Of a stretch of DNA of 64,000 nt, positions 37,424 to 50,427 are shown in pieces. The DNA is taken from assembly GCA_051294905.1 (NCBI GenBank), contig CM119372.1:9674001-9738000 (forward strand). Direction: 5' to 3'. Under the pieces are notes generated by a model, which was not told where the DNA came from, searched no databases, and was given only the letters and a program-made list of their open reading frames with translations. Origin of the DNA: Botryllus schlosseri (Eukaryota). Both the position numbers and the translations under genes were made by a program. Numbering within the stretch: position 1 is the stretch's first letter; each line of letters opens with the position of its first letter.

Positions 37424-37824
37424 AGATAAACCTCCAACAGTTCGGTAGGCATGCTGGACTGGATTCGACCGCGCTCGGACTCGAACCCGCAATCCACTGA
37501 TGTTGCAGCCGTGGATCATACCCGAGGTGGTCAGTAACGAAGTTGTTTTCCGCTACTTTGGTACTTACTCAAGTTTATCGAATTTCCTGTTACTTCTACT
37601 TCGTAATATTTAGTGATCTACTAACTAGGGATGGTGGAACGTGAGGTCACGTTCGCGTTGTGAGTGTGAGCCTCAGAAATTTAGAGGTTCGCGTTCACAG
37701 ACTAAGCGCGGTAGGTTCTGCACTGTGAACCTTTTATATATTACAATTTTCCACCTCATTAGAACATCTTTGGGTACAATTCATTGCATTTCAACTGCAG
37801 GCCGCTCTATGCATAGCGCTAGCA

Positions 37825-38946
37825 CAGTGGTGGGCAAACTACGGCCCGCGGGCCGCATGCGGCCCGCAACACCGTTCTGTGCGGCCCGCGAGAGTCTAAA
37901 GAAACTTTTTTAAATATTGATAAAATGCGTACTAAAAATCGAATTAATGCAGGGACTTGATTAACTTTTTCTTAGTATATTTCACCATGATAATTCTAAG
38001 ACGTTGGTTCTCAACCTGGTGGGCGCCCCTCCCCCTTGGGGGCGTGAAATCATCTGAAGGGTGCGCGAAGCTGAGCTCAACTGAAAAGTTTTTTTGCGCT
38101 CCGCGCGATTTACATCCAACTCATGGTTATTGCTCTGTATTTAGTCTGAATTACATATTTCAAAGTCTCTCATCCACCGTCGCAACCTTCCATGCCATCA
38201 AACTACCCGTTAGGTTTGCTAGCACCCTGGTGGCGTTTTGTGATATGACGTTAAGGGGGCGCGAAATCATTCACCCTCATAAGGGGGGGGGGGGGCGTGT
38301 CGTAAAAAGTTTGAGTACCACTTATCTGAGGCAAATACTAATTATCACAGCGGGATATCTACAACGAGATTGATATAATTTAGATCACCAGTGGGATTTC
38401 AGATTGGCCACTCCATTTTTAATTATTTCAGGGATGTACTTATAAAAACGATTCGGGCGTGTCTTAGGTAGATTCGTTGTCTGTATGCGTAGAATGAGGG
38501 TATTTATATTTTATCTACATATAATAGAAGCGTTTTGAAGCTAACATGGCTATGATGCTGTCAGCATTGTGTGTCCTGGAACTGAACCTAAAGGGGGATT
38601 AGTAAATCTAGGAACAGATCGCTGCTCACAGATTTAAATTTTAATCCTGTTCTAAGAATCGGGCCAACCGACTTTCATCTCTATAGTTTTGACGAATTGG
38701 TTATTGAGGTAGGTCCGCCAGCCTATGAAATATCGCCACTATATGTTTCTGACGCGTGTACGATATCATCGAAGCAATGTTTGGCTTGTTTTAAATAAGC
38801 ACATATATTATCTCCATATGTCCTCACTATATAATCAAATTTCAATATTGCATTTTGGTTTATAATCCCAGTTTTATGTGGTGCGGCCCGCGAATGGATT
38901 CAGATATTGAATGCGGCCCGCGAGCTCAAAAGTTTGCCCACCCCTG
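37825..38946. mobile_element. Nested hAT element (CAGTGGTGGGCAAACT TIR) containing a degenerate Charlie-type element at 38002-38323
   Basis: TIRs CAGTGGTGGGCAAACT...AGTTTGCCCACCCCTG; perfect TSD CGCTAGCA. Confidence 0.9.
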
Positions 38947-38979
38947 CGCTAGCAGCATAAAAAAAAATCCCAACTCATC

Positions 38980-39345
38980 AACATCATCATCATCATTGGT
39001 TTATTAGCAATTCTATCAGTTCAATACACCACAAAAAATGCGATACAATGAAAAGAAAGGAAGATGTCGAAGCGACTAGGAGTTGTCTATGGAGTCAGAC
39101 ACCCACCTTGGCCTAGGCGTTGTAAAGAGGAGGCATGCACACTGAATGAAAGTAAGAAAGGTAGTATAGAAAAAGGAAGCGACAAGAAATAGGGCGGCAT
39201 GTCATGGGAAGCGAGATCGATAGGTCAGTCGTGGTCCGGTAATCTTGAGGATGGACTGTATTTATTTAGTAGTAATTGCTTGTATTTCGACTTGAATGTG
39301 GACACTGGACATGCTCGTCGACTGCCGGATGGCCGGCGGGATACT
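38980..39345 (-). mobile_element. 3' fragment of a CR1/L2-like LINE with (ATG)n tail
   Basis: Minus strand reads IPPAIRQSTS..STFKSKYKQLLLNKY (resembles the ORF2 C-terminus at 22304), then UTR, AATAAA and (TGA)n tail. Confidence 0.78.
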
Positions 39346-41413
39346 AAGCGAGCATGCACCTTGATAATCTCAAAAATTTTACTTGTTTTGCTACGAAAGT
39401 TTGCTCGAAATATCCAGTTTTCAGTTTGTAAATATTTATTGACTCTCTGCTGTGAGCTTGACCCGTAATCACACAATATCAAGACCGAAATACGATACAT
39501 GTAGGTAGTCAGCGAATGATGCTTATTCAACCAATTAATGAAAATCATATAAAGAATAGTTTTCGAATGTAAAAAATCTAGCAGGCGTACGGGCGGGCAC
39601 CATCTTGATTTGTTATGTTTATTGTAGGCCTATCATACAAAAACAAATCCGTATTATTGGGGTGTTGGCTACTCCTGCATAACTTGTAAATGGGATAATA
39701 TCGGTAGCAAGTATAGAAACCCTTTTGACACTATGCTCAGTATCAATACATCAATACTCAGACGCCGAATACATATTCAGGTCTGGTCTAGACCGTTAAG
39801 GTGTAAGCTTTGTATTCCCTTGTAAGTCTTCATCGAAATTGTTGGCAAAGAGACGGAAGATATTGATTTTATGGGATTATTATATCATTTGATTGCTCCA
39901 GTTGATATATTTGGCGACGTTTAAAAAGTCAGTATGTACTTCAGCATTGTGACATAATGTGGCCCTAGTCGTCTGTATAGGTAGCGTGTTTCACATTGAT
40001 ACATAACTTCACTGAAATATAGGGTTGGAAGTAACAATATGACATCACGTGACGTCATGATTTTCACGTTCGCGTTCACACAGAACCTTTCGAAAAGGTT
40101 CGCGTTCACACGAACATGAATCTTTCAGAGGTTCACACCATCCCCCTCTACTACTTACTTACTTTTCGCTATTTTCAGTTTGTCAAGTAGAAGTAGTTTA
40201 ATCCTGCAATCAGAAAGATAGCCTGAGGAATTCCGAGATGTTTTCACGGAGTATCAACATTTAATTTGCATAAACGTTGAGTAAAGGCCAGAATTTTCGT
40301 CGCGCTTCGCGCACAATGGATATGAAGTTGCCAATGTGATTCCACGAAAGTATCGTTGAATATAATGTAGGAAGCTGGTTGAGTGGTTCCGTTCACGCCA
40401 CATTGTCGCCCATATGAAATAATTCATCACAGTATATATGGCCCATCATAGCGTTTGAAACTGACACTTAGCAATCTAGCATTTAGTTATCATATCGTAA
40501 TCTAGCGGTCCCTGGCGTGTCCTAACCTTTGCTACTTTCTGAACTGTAGACATGAAATACATATTCCGCTTTTAGAAGTAGTATTTATATTTATCTTGCA
40601 ATTCCCAGTATGCTTATGCTGTCAAAAATTGGATACCTCCTGGCATGCATCAATATGAATCAAGCTCTGCATCTTTCGCATAGCTCAATTTGCAGCTTTT
40701 GACAATCCATGCGAACGAATTACGATCGTTTTCACAACTACTTACTTACTCAAATAGATTAAAAGTCAGTCACTTCTACTTCTACTTCAAGTAGTTTTAG
40801 GTTGCTTATGGAAGAAGTACTTTTACTCGTACTGGAGTAGATTTTTTCGTCGCTACTTCTACTTCTACTTGACTAGCTTTCTTGACTACTTTGACCACCT
40901 CTGATCATACCACTACGTTTACGCTATCTCGCCACTTCCGACATCCTTCTGTCTGCTCATGCTGATATTGAATTGCGTCATGTGTGTGCGATTGCAAATT
41001 TATGTGTCTTACCCGGATGTAGATAGAAACGGCTGATCATTACGACCTAGTACACGGGGACACCTGGCAGTTTCTCAGTAACACGTGTATTCATCTCAAA
41101 ATATATATCGTAGCGCTACGTATATGAACTGTATGGTATTCTAGAATGGTAATTTATTTGTTCGTTATAATTCAAGTCAGCAGCTGTGCCAGCAAGACCT
41201 GGGAATATTTTCCGATTTCGCCTTATCATATTTGTAGCTACTCTACTCGCTCAGAGAGCAAGACTATTGAAGCGAGCGAAGTAGGGTGATGGTTATAGAC
41301 GTTCAACTGTGCACAGACAAATTCATCACGGCATATTCAATACGCACGGCCGCAAGTCAAGAGTCAATCGTAACTTGAATAAGCGCCATTGAATGTAACT
41401 AATAGTCTCGTTC

Positions 41414-44400
41414 TCATTTTTTGAAGAGTTGCATGAGACCGCTCGTGCTGCACCGACGCTTTTTGTTTGCTGGAAGCTGAAGATAGCCAGCTGCCGGGCA
41501 CCCTGAAACGGATTGACGTCTGTCCCCTAATTGCTTTTCACTTTTTCCAAGACTCAAACCATGGAATACATCGCCCAAACTCTTCTTGCGTCGGTTTGAT
41601 GCTAAAGGTAACTCTAATCCACAGGCACCTCCATCCGAGAGGGAGCGATTCCTCTGTAACCTGTTTTTAGGACTGATATCGTCATTGGATTGACAGGTGT
41701 CCACTGCTTCGATAACAATTGATATGTCTGATTTGTAGTCGTCAGCTAGTGCGTCAACGTCACTCGATTCCACACAATCGGAAAACTCATTGTCGCTCGC
41801 GGGTTTCCATTCGCAATGGGTCTCTGTGGTGGTTTTGCCATCGGCATCCGTCATTATACAAATGAACTCTTCGTAACTGATTTTCCCATCCCCATCGAGA
41901 TCTGCTGCTTTTATCATTTCCTGTTGACGGAAAATGGTGCGGTGTTTTTACGAGTCCAAATTCGAACAACTGGCTGATTCACTCGTACGATTAGCATAAA
42001 ATACAGGCACATGGATTGTAGTAGGCTACATGGTCCTAACTGGGCGTGGACAAACTGGACACAGAACAAACACGAGACAAGTTTAGACCGTTCCTATATA
42101 GTCTTCGGCAGGGATATCCATGGTCTTTGGTAGCGGATTAGTGAGGGAGTCTCCAGCAACATTGACCCTACAGAAGCTGACTTCACGGTTCTATTACAGC
42201 GATCTTGGATATTGGTTGAAAATCGCTATATGGTATGGTTACCATACATCCTCCTGTGATTTTGAAAAAGTGTCCCCCCTTTCCCGATTCTAAAATATGG
42301 TAACTCTACTATGGTATTGTCAGTTTTTGATTGTTTTTTCGTGATCCGACATAGTCATTTACAGCTGGCAAGTTTCGTTTCCATAGCTAAATTATGTCTT
42401 GCACCTATTCTCAATTTCGCTCCACGATTTTGCTGAACACTGTCTACGCCAAGGGTCGCCAACCCGAGGCTCACCCTCCAAATTTTTCACCTTCTGTCGC
42501 CCGTAATGTAAAAAGGATATTCGGGGGAGGTTCATTGAACTTGAATATTTTTCCTCGTTCTGCTAGGGATAATTTTGGGTATATCAATAATTAAGAAACG
42601 AATCGTATTGGCGCTCGCTGGCAACCTCCGTAAAGATTTCAATAAATGTGAGAAACAGAACCCCGCAGTCGTGTGATAAACTTATGTTAAGATTTACATT
42701 TCTTCCTTTTTTCATTTACTCGTGATACGCTGTGCGTCGTGAGTTAGCGTCGACATCATCAGCCACACTGTAAGCTGTGATCGCGCAAGTTTGAAAGTTG
42801 TTTTGCCTTTGTACCCTGGTTGCCACGGTTTTCACCGGTAAGTTGTCGGATCGCTACGAGATGTTGATTATCACTGATCTAGTCCGTGATTTCGCATGCA
42901 CGTTGGCGTGAGTAAACTGAAACTGTGGGGTAATCGCCAATATAGGGATCAAAGAGAGCGTACAGCTCACGCTTGGTTTTATGTGATCGGAAAGGGGTTG
43001 AAATGGCTCTTTGTGAGCTGAAGGTTGCCGACCCCTGGTCTACGCAATCCTACGCAACCCATATATATATATATATATAGAATTGTTAATCTCCCACCCA
43101 CACTTCCCGGAGACAACAGTTGATACGAGACCGCGATTGATTCATTTCGTTAATTATTGTATCTGCACCGCAAAATTAGGCTTCAATAACTTTGCCCAAC
43201 TATTTATAAAATTACTGAATTCACGAGAGCCCTAGGCGGGAACTTCATAAACGTCAAACACACGTCACGACAGAGCAGTCAATGATAAAGCAGAATACGT
43301 TGACTTTAGGGTAGCGTGATCTACACGAATCGTGCGAGTGGACGCCGTTAAAACCCTTTCATGTCAAAAACGCACAATCGACGCGTGATGTCGCTCCAAA
43401 TCACAGCCGGATATTGGAATTCTTCATGTCGTAAATTCTTACTCACCGACAGCTCTTTTTCGGTGATATCATCTCCCATGCGATGAAGCAACTCTCCCAG
43501 CTCTTCCGGTGAAATGAAACCATCACCGTCGAGATCGAACCGACGAAACACCATCCTCATTTCATCTTCTAGTATACATTCCTGGAAATAATTTTCTAGT
43601 TTCTTTGCGAAATGCCCACGAGTTCAAAAAGCGAGTGGCACAGAGGCGAGGCATTCATAATTGCCGAGCTAACCTTACCGCTAACCATCGCACAAGCTAG
43701 CCTGAAACTTAACCACAACCATAATTAACGTACACTAACCCTAACCATAGCACCGGCTAACCATTCTTGGAAGTGTTCTTGAAAGGCACACGCGTCAATT
43801 ATGTTCAATGGAAAGGAATTCACTGCAATGTACACTTGTACAGTCATGAGACGAGTGAGGTTATTCGGCAATGGGAAAGCATGGTGGTTTTCAGCCTAAA
43901 AACGCTGCACTTGGTAACCTTCAACTTTTTTTCTCATTCGTCACATAGATGTTTAAAATTCCAGAAACATGGGGTGTCCTAGTTTGAGAACCCTTGATAT
44001 AGTCTGTGATGCCCTTCCGATTTTGAAATACCAGAGAAGTGACGATGAGTATCTAGCATTGTTAAAGACCACTGTGTAAGTCTAATTTGTTTCCGACGTA
44101 TGGTGAATCCCGATACCGAAAGGAATGCAAATATACCAGCCAACCGCTGCGTACTTTCGATCCCCGTCTGGAAACCTATTTGATCACCACAAACATACGG
44201 TATCGGTATCTACCAAGGTGTGTTTATACGAGAAAACTAATTCTTCGAAACCCGTAATCTTCCCCGTGATAATCTATTGAAATGACGTCATGAAGTCCAA
44301 CTAACCGTCACCAGAACTGATACTACTGATAAATACTCCTTGAAATCCACAAAATCCGTGTTGTATTGTGCGGCTTGTTGGCCAATCAGGTAATCCAAAA

Positions 44401-45279
44401 GAAGTTTGATTTGGTTGGGCGACACTTGTCGACCGAGACTCTCTAAAATGGACGAGACGTGCTGCGAATGCAAAATAACGATACGTAAATATTATATACT
44501 ATGATCAGTGGTGGCTTTTGGGGTGGGCGAGGTGGGCGGTCGCCCGTGGCCCCCCTGAAGTTACGGTTAGGTACTTATAGGGGGCCCCCAGTAAGTCTTG
44601 CCCGGGCCCCCCGTCTGTACGGCCAACACTGACTATAGTTTCCAGTAATTTCGTCAACAAATATCGATATCACTGCAGAGCTTCTTGGAGGTACAGAACT
44701 TCGATATACAGCGGAACAGTATATTCATATTGAAATGAATATATTATTCAATTGTACGATATCACTATACCCAAAGTCATGGTTATACGTGAGATCCTTC
44801 ATCAGTTCTCGCACTATATATTGCGGCCATGATATGATTATAACCAACAGGCATTTGAGAATATTTAAATTATTGATACATTGAATCATGTACAGGAGTG
44901 GTTATATGCTTGACACGGTATTACGAACATATTTAGATCAACCAAAATACTGACATCATGTTCTATCTGCAGTTTGTGTTCACCAATCTTCACTGACTGC
45001 GTATATTTCGGATATGACCAGAAGAACCCGATTCAAATCCTTTCAGCTAAGAATTTGTGTTTCCCGCATCTCGCTTCGACTGGCGTTGAGCCACAAAGTC
45101 CCAACAGACAGAGCATGCCAATAAGTTCTTACCTCCGTTTTAATAACTCCCGAACCTTTGGGGTCAAAGGTGCGGAAATAACAGCGGAATTCATCGATCA
45201 ATCTCCCTGGAATATACTCCTGTGCCACTTGCCACGTTTGAAAACCGTCTCGCGCGCCTTGATTCCCACCGTCCCTCAT
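41414..45279 (-). CDS. Calmodulin-like EF-hand protein A with C-terminal RRxS-rich tail, 314 aa
   Basis: Exons 45133-45279, 44306-44461, 43447-43581, 41414-41920, all phase 0 and GT-AG. Loops DPKGSGVIKTEH, DLDGDGFISPEE and DLDGDGKISYEE. Confidence 0.87.
42450..43037. mobile_element. hAT non-autonomous element (intronic)
   Basis: TIRs CAAGGGTCGCCAACC...GGTTGCCGACCCCTG; perfect TSD GTCTACGC. Confidence 0.87.
44506..44631. mobile_element. Short GC-rich hAT-type MITE (intronic)
   Basis: Ends CAGTGGTGGC...GCCAACACTG; flanks ACTATGAT/ACTATAGT; GGGCCCCC motifs. Confidence 0.7.
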
Positions 45280-47332
45280 GCCGACTTCGTATCACAAAGT
45301 TTAGAAACGAAAATGACGTACAGACTTCAGAGATTCCAATCTGTGAAACGTCTCGCCTGGCGATGGATATAATTAACTCCGTACGGTACTAATTAGAGAC
45401 TCGACCGACTGTCACAGGTATCAATCTATACTCCATTAATAATAGGCACAGGTTATTGACGTTCGCAATGGGAAAAGACACCTGTTGCTATTTTCAATCA
45501 TCGACGTTTCCTATTCCTATGCCTATTCCTATTCCTGTGTAACCATGCATGAGTAATATGGGACCTCTAATAGGCGCAAATACAATTATACAGATATATT
45601 GTATTACGCAAATACAGTATAAATGGGCTCGGAAACCGTACTGCATCCGGATTTGCGTTTGGATTAGACCAATATATTTGAAGTTTTGAAGTTTACAGAA
45701 AAATTATCTTTGAATTTGTACTGACTTATATATAACCTATATAACCTTGGCATACAAAGTGAAAAATAATTGTCGATCATCATGCACCTGTTCTATATGC
45801 TATGGCAATCGTTAGACACGAATTTGTGTAGTAGTATTCGTGACTTGCCTGTATTGAGATATAATACACCGTAAAACCAACAACACCATATCGTGGTAAT
45901 AATAAATATATGTAGAGGATGTACATTGTACAAGTGCAACCGCACAGCGACATTATAATCTTACGATTGACCTCTAAAAACCTAATTTTGACCTAACGTA
46001 TGCAAATTAAGTGTTTTCCCAGACAATCATTGAATTGTATTACTTATCTTCATTTCTGGTTCAAACTGTCTGTCCTTACGAAGTAGTTCGGCCTTAAAAA
46101 CATTTTTGACTCAAAAACTGACAAACTTTTTCATGAAAAAAACGTGATTTCAACGAATCTGGCCCTATGAAGAATTCCAGTCGTTAGGCTACATCATGTA
46201 TTACGGTAGAAAAATTGAAATCTGTTGTAGTACAACGAAAGATACTGTCTGCATTCTCGGGTAGAAAGTGTCTGTCCTTACTAAGTAGCTTGCCAAGAAT
46301 GGAGGAAGAACGTTCAACAGTATAGCAGTTGTTGGCTGACAACACTGAAGTTGTGCGTGCGTACACTGCTTGTGACACACCGTGTTGCTTCATTCTGACA
46401 ATGATGTCTACGTCACAATTTTTCATAATGCGCTTCTTGATATAAGAACCATGCAATGCCCACGCAGTCTTGCTTCAGTTAGGATATTGCGGTACGTTGA
46501 GCATAACACCTATTTGTTTTATTTGAATGCTTATGATTCACAATGAGCAGACAACGTGCCGTCTACAACGGTAGGCCTATAAAGTAGGCTACAAGCTGTA
46601 AAATGTCAAATGATAAGTTCCTCGACAGTGCAAAATCTACAATACAAACGAAATGTAGGTTGTAAAAAAATGAATTTGTTTACAATTTTGACATTTTTTG
46701 ACCTAACTTTTACTTTTTTTGACACGTCAAAAAACAAATTGCGTTAATGATGAGATTTCAGGTTTGGTTCATTTTTTCCGACGGGCGTTACCGTAACGGC
46801 GTAACCGATCTTGGGCCACCTCATATTTTTGAAATTATAACATTGTTAACGTCACTTGTTATTCGATATTCCGACTAAATTGTGGTGCAATATGACGCAA
46901 TGCAATTCGGAAAAATGGGTTGGAGTTGGAGCGAATATCTAACGTCGTGAATTTCCACTTAACTAAAAGTAGACGGACGTATCGATGTCCAACTAAGTAT
47001 ATTTGTGGCCTATTGTTTTGCCTGATAGTCTGAAAACTTTTTAATGAAAGTGGACAAATTAAAAAATCATAACCACTTGAGTAAGTAGGAAAAACCTAAT
47101 TGAGCACTCCGGCAAAGTAGAAAGGTTACGTTACTGACAATATCTGGAACCTGGTCGTACATAACTATGTATACAAATAGGTTTATTTGGATGAATGTGT
47201 AAGCCCACATACACAGTATTGTAAGGCAAAGTGCAGGCTGCGAAGTAATCACGCATTTCATAGTGGACGTATCTGTACAAATACAATAGTCTGTACGCTA
47301 AGGCAAGCGGCGGTCTAACAACGAAATAGAAC

Positions 47333-50300
47333 TCATTTCTTCTTCAACAAATCCTTAAGAAAGTTGGGAGTTGACCCAAAACTTCCTCGCTTGCGCACGG
47401 CCTTTGCGGCGTCGCTATACTCGCTTAGCGCCGTCAGATTACCGCAGCTGCTTCTACTTCTAGGCCGTCTTTGGAAGTACGACGGATACTTGTCGTCACT
47501 CTGCGTGCCGAAAAGAAAACAAGACATCCTCCTTTTGGCGCCGGACGCGAACGACGGCCTCCGGAAGCCGGGGTCCTTCTCCGATGCGCTATCCGGTAAC
47601 ATGAGCTGAGAATCCGACGCGAGCTCGTCGAATCCGGATGATTCTTCGAAGGAGTTTTGCTTCGTTGATTTCGGCGTTGGTGAAGGGGGAGTCACGCTCT
47701 TCAGCTCTTGAACGGACATGACTTTGAGGAAATCTTCGTAACTGACTTTCCCGTCGCCGTCATTGTCGGCTTCTTCTATCATGTCCTGCGAAAATAGATT
47801 GTCGAAGTTCATTGTTAGGTGCGCGTCTGCGAGATTTTTTAATAGTTCGATCTCTTTTCGCGATTGCAGACGTAATAATTTAGCTGTCGTCTGTGGGAAT
47901 TGAATTGATTGAATTCGGGCTCCGTAAACATTTGTACAATATGTAATCGGAAATCAGCAGAGATGGTCAAATTAGTCAGCGTTGGTACTCAAAGTATTGT
48001 AATGTCGTAAATTATACTCAATTACAAGTAGAAGTATAGAGATTTCAAGACATATCATAACTAGGCCTACTGCAAATGGAAGTAAAAAATAAAAGTATGA
48101 AAATTCTCGAATAATTGTTGAAAGAAGTAAATTTGGCGGAGGGTTCGCATCTTCGCATACTCTTGATAGTTTCGTCTGGGTAACTTGTAAATGGTATAGT
48201 GCATCTTCACGAAATTAGTAATGACACTACAAATATAGGAGTAATTTCCGAAAATATATATCAGTTGCCGTGATACGCGGAATATTTCGCCCTGTTTACA
48301 TGATAACCTCACTCAGGAAGGTGATGCAAACATACCCCAAATTCCTTTTAATTTGCGAAATTGGGAAAAAGATACTTGAGAACCTCGAAAAACTAGAAGT
48401 AGGCCCGTAGTTCGATGCTGATCAATTCTGGAAATCAGTGGACTAAATGTGTAAATGAGTAGGTTTTTCTACAATGTGACGGGTTCAATGATCAACCGTT
48501 ACCGAACAGCAAATTGCGTATCTAATGCCTGAAAAGAGCTGGCTCCCCATCACCAAATGATCACAAATTATCACCCAAACAGCATTAACTCCAAAGTATT
48601 GAATCGAATTACTCACATTTACGAACAGTTCGAAATATCTCTAAACATGACCAGGGCCGTAACAGCACTTCGTCAGGCCCCCCCAAAACTTTGGTCTTGG
48701 GCCCCCCATAGGGTTATAGACCGAACTTCGCCCCCCAGACCCCTCTCCGACGATTCACTGTTTACCGCTATTCATCATATTCATTGGGAGTTTGTTTAGT
48801 GATTCAGCTTTTGTCGCCTAAGCGCGCGAAGCGCGGAAAAATTCGATAATTTATGATAAAATCGGTCAATCAGATCGCCGATTGCATATATATTATGCTA
48901 TCAATTTATTGACCTCTCTACTCACGTAATTAGATTTACCGGTAGAGCTGAGTGAAATGTCTTGAAAACGGGAGGGCCCGTAAATAATGATTAAATATCT
49001 TCGGGCGGGCGGACCCGTTGATAAGACTTCGTTACATGATGTTATTTCGTGACTTCCGGTCTGTTATATCAAAAAATATAGAATCGTCCAAACGTAGGCT
49101 TCTAAACTAAGAGACGCACACGATTTCAAATTGGTATTTCTTGACTGGCATAAAATGTTTCCCAGCAGGATGGTATTTGTCATGTGAGGTTCAGATTGCA
49201 AAGACAGGAACATTCGGCGCCAGTCATTTAGGCGCCTATGGACAATTAAACCTATATGTATTTTGTATAGCCTATATAACGAAGTCTTCGGTCTGCATAA
49301 GGGCATATAGACCTTTTCGGCCAAGCTTTTCTCGCTGCCGATCGTTCTGGCACACTTCTTGGAGTCGCATGTTATATGGCCTAAAACTTGATTGTATGTC
49401 TTGGTGGGTCGTGGTGCGGTAATGGGCCAATACCCAATAATATAGATAAATGGCTGCTTGAATTCGCGCGCAGCGCGCAAAAATTTTGAAAAAATTGCAC
49501 AAATTTTCAAAAAATACTCTCTGATTTATGCCAATTCACGAAATAATTTTGGTCCCCCTTCGAGCTCGGGCCCCCCCAATTGGGGGGTTTGGAGTGCGGC
49601 AGTTACGGTGCTGAACATGACGCATGTTCAGTGAACATTGTTCACAGGCCATCGAAATTATCGTGACTATGATACGACCTTATCTATAGCATACGCCTAC
49701 CATAATCGTTTTACCGACACATCCTTCTCTGACATATTGTTTCCCATGCTAACAAGAAAATCCCGCAGGTCATCGGAGCAAATGAAACCATCTCCGTCTC
49801 GATCCAGATGTTGGAACACCATCGCGATTTCATCGCTTTCCACGATCTCCTATTTTAGAGCAAAACGAATGTAAAAACGTAATAGAGCCGGTAGCAAATC
49901 CGATCAAACCATTTTCAGCTCTGCCATCAGATATACAAATTCTTCAAACACGATACTTTGGGTGTCCTGGGCTCTCGTGACTTTTGACAAAGTTGCTTGG
50001 ATCTCGCCCATAGATACATTGTTACCCATATTATGAAGTGTCGATGAAAGATCCTTGTGTAGCAGTAACATTATTGAAGGAGTACATTGAAGAAGAGCGA
50101 AGGAAAATGTTAATGACTATATTCTATCCTACTAAAATTGATATTACCACTTTACTCTAAATGGTTCATTACAGTTCTATTTAGAAAAAAGCTATATTTG
50201 GAACACATTAAATGTTAGAACTGACATGATTAATTTTAAACAGGTTGTTTTTATCATACTTATATTATCATGGAAAGTTACATTGAAAATTGAGAGTTAC

Positions 50301-50427
50301 AAAGGATAATGTAATAGCATGCTCTTACTTCAACTTTTACTAGGCCTGATCGATTCTGATCCAAACCCAAGAAAATTTTCCGATATTTCAAATGACTGTC
50401 ATGCTTCTCCATTTGCCCATTATTCAT
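47333..50427 (-). CDS. Calmodulin-like EF-hand protein B with C-terminal RRxS-rich tail, 276 aa
   Basis: Exons 50329-50427, 49910-50053, 49715-49849, 47333-47785, all phase 0, with the same intron positions as gene A. Loops DQNRSGLVKVED, DRDGDGFICSDD and DNDGDGKVSYED. Confidence 0.86.
48652..49613. mobile_element. hAT non-autonomous element (intronic)
   Basis: TIRs CAGGGCCGTAAC...GTTACGGTGCTG; perfect TSD AACATGAC. Confidence 0.87.

Larger units (their letters stand above)
37626..40146. mobile_element. TAGGGATGGTGTGAAC family copy 3, carrying two nested insertions
   Basis: Colinear with 5615-6592 once 37825-38954 and ~38980-39345 are removed. Confidence 0.88.
37523..40903. mobile_element. 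hAT non-autonomous element (CAGAGGTGGTC TIR, AGTAG/CTACTT arrays) split by nested insertions
   Basis: Ends CGAGGTGGTCA...TGACCACCTCTG; TSD ATCATACC (37515-37522, 40904-40911). Remnants of the family at ~240-760, ~33790-34230, ~47960-48470 and 58030-58202. Confidence 0.82.

Noticed and set aside
43670..43765. Interstitial telomeric repeat (TAACC-like)
   Set aside because: Too short and degenerate; only one perfect TAACCCTAACC.
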